Notes under the pieces: generated by a model
Seen by the model: the letters and a program-made list of their open reading frames with translations, nothing else
What the model was told of the DNA's origin: nothing
Database searches by the model: none
Made by a program: the position numbers and the translations under genes
Part shown: piece after piece, positions 20,302 to 27,620 of the stretch
Layout: every line of letters begins with the position of its first letter
How positions within the stretch are numbered: position 1 is the first letter of the stretch
DNA from: Flavobacteriaceae bacterium
GTDB taxonomy: Bacteria > Bacteroidota > Bacteroidia > Flavobacteriales > Flavobacteriaceae
NCBI GenBank assembly: GCA_049115595.1
Contig: JAGDZS010000007.1
Coordinates: 217,219 to 281,218, forward strand
Direction: 5' to 3'
DNA length: 64,000 nt

Positions 20302-20394
20302 TAAATCCTTACTAGAGATAGTAAGGATTTTTTGTTTTCTATTCAAAATTCATTTTGATACATTTACAAAACTCTAGTAGATATACATCACTTT

Positions 20395-21261
20395 ATGAAA
20401 GTAGCTGGTTTTACAATTATCAGAAATGCCATACAATATGATTTTCCTGTTGTAGAGTCCATTTCTTCTATTCTTTCTATTTGTGACGAATTTGTTGTTG
20501 CTGTTGGAAAATCTGATGACGATACATTAAATTTAATAAAGAGTATAGATTCTAATAAGATAAAAATTATCGAAACAGTTTGGGACGATTCTTTAAAAGG
20601 AGAACAAGGAGTTGTTTTTGCAAAAGAAACAGATAAGGCATTCAAAGCTATTTCTCCAGAAATGGATTGGGCGTTTTATATTCAAAGTGATGAATTAGTA
20701 CACGAAAAATACTTACCTACTATTCAGCAAGCAATGAAAGCTTGGAAAGATGACAAAAGTGTAGACGGATTATTATTTAAGTATAAGCATTTTTATGGTA
20801 ATTATAATTATTATGGAGCTTCCTATAAATGGTATAGAAATGAAATACGAATTGTAAAGAATACAACTACTATATATTCGTATAAAGATGCGCAGTCTTT
20901 CCGTAAAGATGAAAATCAAAAACTGAATGTTAAATTAATCGATGCAGAAATTTATCATTATGGATATGTAAGAGAGCCTAAAAAACTAGCAAAAAAGATT
21001 GAAGTCCAACATAGTTTTCATGACAAGACTATTTTAGAAATGGAAGAGTTTATTTACGAAGATAACGTAAGTGCTTTGTATGAATTTAAAGGCACTCACC
21101 CTTTGGTAATTAAGGATAGAATTGAGCGAATGAATTGGGACTTTGACGTGAAAAAGATTCAGAACAGACTCTCTTTAAAAGATATCTTTAAAAAAACAAT
21201 AGAAAAAATTACAGGAGGGTATATTGTCGGTGCTTTCAGGAATTACAAATTGTTAAAGTAA
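20395..21261 (+). CDS. glycosyltransferase family 2 protein
   Basis: N-terminal Rossmann-like strand, DWAFYIQSDE (DxD-like), IYHYGYVR. Confidence 0.85.
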   Translation: MKVAGFTIIRNAIQYDFPVVESISSILSICDEFVVAVGKSDDDTLNLIKSIDSNKIKIIETVWDDSLKGEQGVVFAKETDKAFKAISPEMDWAFYIQSDELVHEKYLPTIQQAMKAWKDDKSVDGLLFKYKHFYGNYNYYGASYKWYRNEIRIVKNTTTIYSYKDAQSFRKDENQKLNVKLIDAEIYHYGYVREPKKLAKKIEVQHSFHDKTILEMEEFIYEDNVSALYEFKGTHPLVIKDRIERMNWDFDVKKIQNRLSLKDIFKKTIEKITGGYIVGAFRNYKLLK

Positions 21262-21262
21262 A

Positions 21263-22138
21263 CTAGTTTCTTTTTTTCCAAAATCCATAGAAAAACTGTC
21301 CTACAAAACTTTTCGGAAATTGATCATCCTCTGGGAAACCTAATTCAAGTTTACCACTATTTTCAGGAATGTAGTTCGTTTTAAAAATATAATCCCATAG
21401 GCTTAAACTAATCCCGAAATTTACCCCAAACTTTCCTTTTGGTAAGGTGTAGGCATGATGGTATAAATGCATGACTGGATTGTTAAATAAGTATTTAAAA
21501 ACACCCCAAGTAATCTTAATATTTGCATGATTAAAATGACCAATTGTAATAGCAGCAAAATGTACAATGAACGCTTGTTGGGGTTCAAAACCGCCTAAAA
21601 TCATTACTGCAAATGTCTTTAAAGGCTTATAGAAAATGTTTTCCATCCAATGATACCGTAAATGAGCTGCAAATCCCATTTCTTTTACACTGTGATGCAC
21701 TTTATGAAACTTCCATAAGAAAGGAAATTTATGCAGAAGCACATGAGTAAACCATTGAACAAAGTCCAACACAATAAAGAATGTTACCAATTGTATCCAA
21801 ATTGGCCAAGTCGAAATATCTACTATGGATAGACTATTTGCATTTAATCCCATATCTGTATATGCAAGATTAAAAACTCTATAAAACCCATCAATAGCAA
21901 TAGAGAACACAAAGAAATTAAAGAACATATAGAATCCATCTAACCAGAAATCTTTTCTGAAAATAGATTGATCTTTACGCCATGGAAATGCAATTTCTAA
22001 TCCCCATACGATCAGTGAAATGAGAATAAGTCCCCAAAAATAGTTGTTGTACCAAGGAACTTCAAATAAAATTGATTTCCATGTCCAATCTACAGAACCA
22101 TTAAAAGCGTTGATAAAAGCATCTATACATTTTGCCAT
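21263..22138 (-). CDS. sterol desaturase / fatty-acid hydroxylase family membrane protein
   Basis: His boxes HVLLH, HKVHH, HFNH, HLYHH; NFGISLSLWD. Confidence 0.9.
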   Translation of the reverse strand: MAKCIDAFINAFNGSVDWTWKSILFEVPWYNNYFWGLILISLIVWGLEIAFPWRKDQSIFRKDFWLDGFYMFFNFFVFSIAIDGFYRVFNLAYTDMGLNANSLSIVDISTWPIWIQLVTFFIVLDFVQWFTHVLLHKFPFLWKFHKVHHSVKEMGFAAHLRYHWMENIFYKPLKTFAVMILGGFEPQQAFIVHFAAITIGHFNHANIKITWGVFKYLFNNPVMHLYHHAYTLPKGKFGVNFGISLSLWDYIFKTNYIPENSGKLELGFPEDDQFPKSFVGQFFYGFWKKRN

Positions 22139-22139
22139 A

Positions 22140-23081
22140 TTACTTTTTTATACGTGTTATACTATCTTTTTCGAAAGGGTAGTCGTTAAAATGACTCCAT
22201 TCTGTCCAAGAACCATCATAATTTTTCACATTTTTATATCCTAAGAGTTGAGTTAAGACAAATGTAGTGTGTGCAGATCGGACTCCGCTATGACAATATA
22301 CAATAACAGAATCGTCTTTAGAAGAAATCATTGCGCTATAAATACTATCTAATTCACTTTTCGATTTTAATTTCTTATCCTCATGGTAGTTTATTGCTTG
22401 TGACCAATCTATCCATTTGCTTACAGGGATTCTTCCACCTTTTTTTGCTCCTTTCTTTTGACGCTTTCCAGAGTATTCATTGGCGGTTCTTGTGTCTAAA
22501 ATTGTCCTATCCTTCGATAGTGACTGTAAAACATTCTCTTTAGAAATCAGATACTTCATTGATGAGTTCTTAGGCAACTTAAAATTAGAAGCATGTATTT
22601 GAGGTTTTCCAGTGGTCGTTTTACCACCATTTTTTTTCCATTCACTCAATCCTCCGTTTAACATTCGAATGTTTGTAAAATCGTAGTTCTGTAAAACCCA
22701 CCAAAGTCGAGCAGCATCACACATCCCATTGTCATCATAAACAATAAGCTTGTCTGAATTTTGAATACCTAGTTTGCTGAACAGTTGTTCAATAGTTTCT
22801 TTTTTTGCCATCATTCCTCCGTAAGGATACGCTGAACTTTCTATGTCTGATCTCCAGATATTTAAAGCATTAGGGATGTGTTCTTTATTGTATAGCGTAG
22901 GTTTTCTGAAATCAATGATTTTAACTGCTGAATTAATTTCAGTGCTAAGAAGTTCATTTACTTCAATAAGATAATCGATTGGTTCTTTAACTGTAGATGT
23001 AGTTTCTTCTTTCTGACAAGATAAAAGAAAGAGAAGTACAAAAAATAGACTAAAATTAATCTTCAATTTCATACCATTCAA
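22140..23081 (-). CDS. tandem-domain sulfurtransferase (rhodanese), lipoprotein
   Basis: LLSC lipobox; DAARLWW, LNGGL..W, YCHSGVRS active loop, YDGSWTEW. Confidence 0.92.
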   Translation of the reverse strand: MNGMKLKINFSLFFVLLFLLSCQKEETTSTVKEPIDYLIEVNELLSTEINSAVKIIDFRKPTLYNKEHIPNALNIWRSDIESSAYPYGGMMAKKETIEQLFSKLGIQNSDKLIVYDDNGMCDAARLWWVLQNYDFTNIRMLNGGLSEWKKNGGKTTTGKPQIHASNFKLPKNSSMKYLISKENVLQSLSKDRTILDTRTANEYSGKRQKKGAKKGGRIPVSKWIDWSQAINYHEDKKLKSKSELDSIYSAMISSKDDSVIVYCHSGVRSAHTTFVLTQLLGYKNVKNYDGSWTEWSHFNDYPFEKDSITRIKK

Positions 23082-23517
23082 TATTTGTTAGACTTGCTCT
23101 TCGACCTTTGTCAGTAATCGGGTAATTAGTAACCAAATAATCAACAATGACTTTTTGTTTATCGCCTAATTCCCAGAGGTTTTGTGTTTCCTGCATCCAT
23201 TTAATGGTTGCATTCCATCGTTCTTCATTCATTCTATTCTGCGTAACAAGTTTGGCAGAATGACAATTGGTACAATTATTAATAACAGTTCTTAAACCTT
23301 CAGCATCAATTAAACCTGTACGAAGATGAACTCCATTTTCAATTTTGTCATCATCAATTTCTTGCTCAAGAGTTATAGGGTTTTTCTGAAAGATGGATAA
23401 CGTAGGGTCAGCGATTAAAAAAATAAAAAAAATGGATGTTAAAGACAGTATAAAAAGACCCGAATTCGCTAGGAACTTGGCTTTTTTGAATTGCTCATTA
23501 AGATCACGATTACTCAT
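23056..23517 (-). CDS. membrane-anchored monoheme cytochrome c (SorB-like)
   Basis: N-terminal TM helix, CTNCH, W..TIKWMQETQNLW.LG. Confidence 0.85.
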   Translation of the reverse strand: MSNRDLNEQFKKAKFLANSGLFILSLTSIFFIFLIADPTLSIFQKNPITLEQEIDDDKIENGVHLRTGLIDAEGLRTVINNCTNCHSAKLVTQNRMNEERWNATIKWMQETQNLWELGDKQKVIVDYLVTNYPITDKGRRASLTNIEWYEIED

Positions 23518-24738
23518 TTATTTTACTTTTATTGCTATCCTATGGCATGCATTGTTTAAGTATCCTTTTGGATTCCAGCCAGGCAATAACATGGGTTGCG
23601 ATACATCATTTGTATCAGTAGCTTTTACCCAAACTTCATAATATCCTTTTTTAGGAAACTTTACTGAGGCAGAAAAATGCTGCCAAGCGAATCTGTTTTT
23701 AGGAGTTTCTAGAGAACAAGGCTTCCATGTCGCTCCAAAATCAATTGAATATGCTGCTTTTGATACTTCCAATTCACCAGCCCAAGCATGACCTCTTATA
23801 GAAAGTTCTTTTCCTTTTTTTATTATACCGCCAGACTTAGGGTGTGTAATTAAAGACTTAATGGGCATCGATTCAATAATGCACATATCTTCATCTTTCA
23901 CTGTGTCCCCTGGAGCTACAGGTTCACAAGGAACTCTATAAGCCTTACCTGTCATTTTTGTTCCATCGTGCACAATATCGCGAATGCTAATTCTATTCAC
24001 CCATTTCCCTGAAGCGGAAGCTGGAAAACCTCCTGCGATTAAGCGCAGTGGATATCCATGGGCAATAGGAATACTTTTTCCATTCAATTTAAAAGCTAAC
24101 AATGTTTCTTCTTGCATTGCTTTTGAGATGGGTACACCTCTAGAAATAGGTTCTTTTTTTGGATCGCCACTTAAATGAGTATCAGCAGAGTGATAGGCGA
24201 TGTATACAGCGTTGTCCTTTACTCCAACATCTTCTAACACATCTTTTAAACGAACACCTGTCCACTCAGAACAATGAATTGCTCCAACTGTCCACTGATT
24301 TCCTTTGGCAGGAGGATCAAATTCACTCCTCCCATTTCCTCCACATTCTAAAGTAAGCTGATAGGTATGGTGTTTAAACTTTGTTTTTAGTTCTGAAAGT
24401 GTATATGTCTTTTTTTTGACAGCAGATTCTCCATCGATTACAAGTGTCCAATTCTTAACATCTATATCTTCAGGAATTCGTCCGTTATTACGGATAAACA
24501 TTTTTGAACTTGGAGTTACTTTGTCATCCAGTAAATGTGCTTTTGCCTCAATATTCCATGGTTTATTGTTTAGCACAACCATTTCTTTATCCTTATTAAA
24601 TAATTTATAAGGGTCCGTGCTTTGTAAAGCTAGAGGAGTATAGCCTTGCTCCATATTAGTTCCGAAAACTATTTCAGTTCCTATAAGGGCAGCAAAAGAA
24701 CTTAACGTTGCTTTTTTTACAAATTCTCTTCTTTTCAT
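23518..24738 (-). CDS. sulfite oxidase-family molybdoenzyme (SorA-like), Tat-exported
   Basis: KRREF twin-arginine signal; FIRNNG, LECGGNGR (Mo-ligating Cys), HGYPLRL, KWV, C-terminal dimerisation domain. Confidence 0.92.
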   Translation of the reverse strand: MKRREFVKKATLSSFAALIGTEIVFGTNMEQGYTPLALQSTDPYKLFNKDKEMVVLNNKPWNIEAKAHLLDDKVTPSSKMFIRNNGRIPEDIDVKNWTLVIDGESAVKKKTYTLSELKTKFKHHTYQLTLECGGNGRSEFDPPAKGNQWTVGAIHCSEWTGVRLKDVLEDVGVKDNAVYIAYHSADTHLSGDPKKEPISRGVPISKAMQEETLLAFKLNGKSIPIAHGYPLRLIAGGFPASASGKWVNRISIRDIVHDGTKMTGKAYRVPCEPVAPGDTVKDEDMCIIESMPIKSLITHPKSGGIIKKGKELSIRGHAWAGELEVSKAAYSIDFGATWKPCSLETPKNRFAWQHFSASVKFPKKGYYEVWVKATDTNDVSQPMLLPGWNPKGYLNNACHRIAIKVK

Positions 24739-24893
24739 TTATGTAAATAAATTTTGATGCTAGAATTCTATTTCTGAGTATAATATTACGACAATAAATT
24801 TAATGAATCGAATGATTTTTTTTGCATAAACTCATCAAGTTAGACAAGTGTTTATGCATAGAAAAAGTTATTTTTTGATGTAAACATAAATAA

Positions 24894-24920
24894 AAAAGAG
24901 GAATTATGAATTCCTCTTTT
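24894..24920 (-). terminator. intrinsic terminator downstream of the small peptide gene
   Basis: AAAAGAGGAATT-ATG-AATTCCTCTTTT 12-bp stem, T-rich on the minus strand. Confidence 0.75.
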
Positions 24921-24960
24921 CCACCAATTTTTTTCTGTAAGCTATAAAGCTAAGTAATTA

Positions 24961-25128
24961 TTACGTTATACAATCCTCCCAAACCCCATCATGATCTACA
25001 GGACAGCCTACCGTACCATCTAAGCATTTTTCTTCACTTAATGTTACTCCTCCAGAAATTGAATTCAATAATTTTTCAGAAAGAACTAATTCTGTTCTTT
25101 TTTTATAAACATCTAATGATTTACACAT
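24961..25128 (-). CDS. 55-aa double-glycine leader peptide (RiPP/bacteriocin/signal-peptide-like precursor), missed by the ORF track
   Basis: Manual translation: MCKSLDVYKKRTELVLSEKLLNSISGG-VTLSEEKCLDGTVGCPVDHDGVWEDCIT; A-rich sequence before the ATG and a dedicated terminator. Confidence 0.75.
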   Translation of the reverse strand: MCKSLDVYKKRTELVLSEKLLNSISGGVTLSEEKCLDGTVGCPVDHDGVWEDCIT

Positions 25129-25249
25129 AAATTTATGTTTTTTATAATTTACCTACTCTATTAAGCTTTTCGGTTTCCGCTTTTTTCTATATAATATATA
25201 CAAGATTTATGTTAAATATAAGTAATATTATGTTGAATGTGTAGTTTTT

Positions 25250-26797
25250 TTAATAAGATTTTTTACCATTTAAAAAAGCAGAATTATAGCTAATACCAAT
25301 GTTGAAAGTAGGAGAGCTTAACGAGCCACCACTTGCTTTTATGTAGCCTATTGAGCTTCGCAGCATATACTTTTCTGTAAGGTTGTAATTTAGGCCAACA
25401 CTAGGTTTTATAATAAGGCCTTCACCAGTACTGATATCTCCACCACCAGCACCACCAAGTAAAGCTTGTGCAAAAAGACTCACTTTCTTTTTAAGAAAGT
25501 AATTGGTCTGCAGTCCCATTCCAACAATTCCTTCTGCGTATGCACCAGCGTTCCCAAAATTTGCAAATGAAGTTTGTCCAGCTAAGTAGACATTCTTATT
25601 AAGATGATAATTTAATTGTAAAGAAATTTGATATAAATTCTCTGTAGGATTTCGAGCTCTTTTTGCATTTAGATATACATCTTGTTTTACAACTACTTCA
25701 AAGCCTTTGAACTTTACTTTTGAGTTCTCATTAAAACCTTCTACTCCGTTAATATCTGTATAGTATTTTAAACCTACCCCAAAGGTAGAGCTAGAGAAAA
25801 ATGAATTAGGACTCATTAAAAAACCTTTGTTTATAGAAAGATAAACGTTGTTGGTAATATGTTGTTCAATAGAAATGTCTGGGTAAATTAAAACACCGCC
25901 TTTTGTTTCAACACCCCCGCCACCGCCAGCACCAACTCCAAACTTGGCAAGAATATTCGTTCTGTTTTTATTTAAAGAAAAGTGACGACCACCTCCTAAA
26001 AAAATGTTCATGTAACCAGCAGGGATGCCATCATAAGCACCATCAAATTTGGCAAAGAAAAACCAACGTTTATTAACGTAAGAGTTGATTTCAAAACCAG
26101 CCAATCGTATGGTGCTACCTTTTAAAGAGTTTCCCTTAGTATCTTGTGAATCCCCTGTTACCGATAGGTTATTCAAGTGCATCATGAAAGAAAATCTTTT
26201 GGCTTTCTTATCCCAATCCGAATCTTGTAAACTTTTTACATCATACTCTTTTTCAGCATTGTTTTTGGTTGCATAGTCTAAAGAAATAGGAATCTGTAAA
26301 GCGATGTTGAATTGTTTGTTATTGATGTTTCCTCCATCAAAGAAATTGATGTAGCTGTATCCAGCACTTAAGGAAAATTTTTCAAACTCAACTCCAAGAT
26401 TCATATGAGGTAAAATGAAAGCACCACCACCATCAGGAGCGCCGGCACCACCACCACCACCAAAATGAATACCAGTATCTACATAAAGCTGACTATTAAA
26501 ATAGGCCTTGTAACCTGCATTCACTCCTAAGGTAAAAAAACCACCTCTTTTTCCTCTTACAGATCCATATATTCCTAGACCTGCGTAGAAGTTATTGAAA
26601 CTAAGGTTGTAATGAATTCCAGTTAAGCCCATATGAACTTCGTCAGGCCCTAAAGGATTGGGAGGCATATTCACCGATAAGTAATCGATCGCAAAGAAAC
26701 CTTTCTGGATTTTCCTTTCAGGAATCGTTGTATTGTCCTGTGAAAAAACCCACAAAGAATTCATAATAAAAAGAATGAGTAATATTGATTTTCTCAT
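25250..26797 (-). CDS. outer-membrane protein with three tandem beta-barrel-like repeats
   Basis: Signal peptide; three ~165-aa repeats each with G.GGG....G.G..I.P and alternating aromatic strands; last gene of the fdh operon. Confidence 0.7.
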   Translation of the reverse strand: MRKSILLILFIMNSLWVFSQDNTTIPERKIQKGFFAIDYLSVNMPPNPLGPDEVHMGLTGIHYNLSFNNFYAGLGIYGSVRGKRGGFFTLGVNAGYKAYFNSQLYVDTGIHFGGGGGAGAPDGGGAFILPHMNLGVEFEKFSLSAGYSYINFFDGGNINNKQFNIALQIPISLDYATKNNAEKEYDVKSLQDSDWDKKAKRFSFMMHLNNLSVTGDSQDTKGNSLKGSTIRLAGFEINSYVNKRWFFFAKFDGAYDGIPAGYMNIFLGGGRHFSLNKNRTNILAKFGVGAGGGGGVETKGGVLIYPDISIEQHITNNVYLSINKGFLMSPNSFFSSSTFGVGLKYYTDINGVEGFNENSKVKFKGFEVVVKQDVYLNAKRARNPTENLYQISLQLNYHLNKNVYLAGQTSFANFGNAGAYAEGIVGMGLQTNYFLKKKVSLFAQALLGGAGGGDISTGEGLIIKPSVGLNYNLTEKYMLRSSIGYIKASGGSLSSPTFNIGISYNSAFLNGKKSY

Positions 26798-26801
26798 GAA
26801 A

Positions 26802-27620
26802 TTAATAGTTGATTTTTGAAGGGTTTGCGTAAATAGTCATTTTATTTTCTCTACTGAATCCAATTAAACAGACCCCAAATTCTTTGGCATAATCTATCGC
26901 CAAACTAGAACAGGCAGACACTGCAATAATAACTGGAATTTTAGCAAAGAATGCTTTTGATACGATTTCATAAGAAACACGTCCACTCACCAACATACAA
27001 AATGCTTCTTGTATTGTTTGGTCATTGATTAGTTGTCCTACAGCTTTGTCTACTGCATTGTGTCTTCCTATATCTTCTTTTAAAGTAAGCAACTGATACT
27101 TTTTATTAAAGATAGAAGCTGCATGACTTCCACCAGTATGCTTAAATGTTTCTTGAAGTTTAGCCATTTTAAGAGACATCTCCTTGATGAACTCAGAAGA
27201 TAATGATTGCTCATTTTTTAGAGCTTCACCCTGTGGTTTGATATCGTTCAGTTCTTGTTTTCCACAGATTCCACAGGAAGAAACGGAAAGAAGAGTACGT
27301 TTGTTTAGATATCCTTTTCCAAGTTTTTCTTTTGAAATGGTGGCGTTAATAATGGAGAATCCATTTTTTTGTTGTTCTATAATTTCAAGAACTAATTCAT
27401 CCTTTGATCTATAAATATCTTCTGCATACAACAAACCTCTAATTAATTCGAAATCATCGCCAGGTGTTCTCATCACAACAGTATATGATTCGCTATTAAT
27501 ATTAATTTGCAAAGCAGCCTCTACAACAATAGCATCATGAACTTTCGATGAATTTGTATTGGTTACTTGAATTCCATCGTAAGAGAAAAAGGATTTATCT
27601 ATAAGATTATATTCGCTCAA
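26802..27620 (-). CDS. fdhD: formate dehydrogenase accessory sulfurtransferase FdhD
   Basis: MRTPGDD.EL..G.L, SSCGICG, TGGSHAA, EDIGRHNAVDK, SGRVSYE. Confidence 0.96.
   Translation of the reverse strand: MSEYNLIDKSFFSYDGIQVTNTNSSKVHDAIVVEAALQININSESYTVVMRTPGDDFELIRGLLYAEDIYRSKDELVLEIIEQQKNGFSIINATISKEKLGKGYLNKRTLLSVSSCGICGKQELNDIKPQGEALKNEQSLSSEFIKEMSLKMAKLQETFKHTGGSHAASIFNKKYQLLTLKEDIGRHNAVDKAVGQLINDQTIQEAFCMLVSGRVSYEIVSKAFFAKIPVIIAVSACSSLAIDYAKEFGVCLIGFSRENKMTIYANPSKINY

Noticed and set aside
19654-21261. Prophage or genomic island at the tRNA cluster
   Set aside because: No integrase, phage or transposase gene is present; only the short att-like scars reported above.
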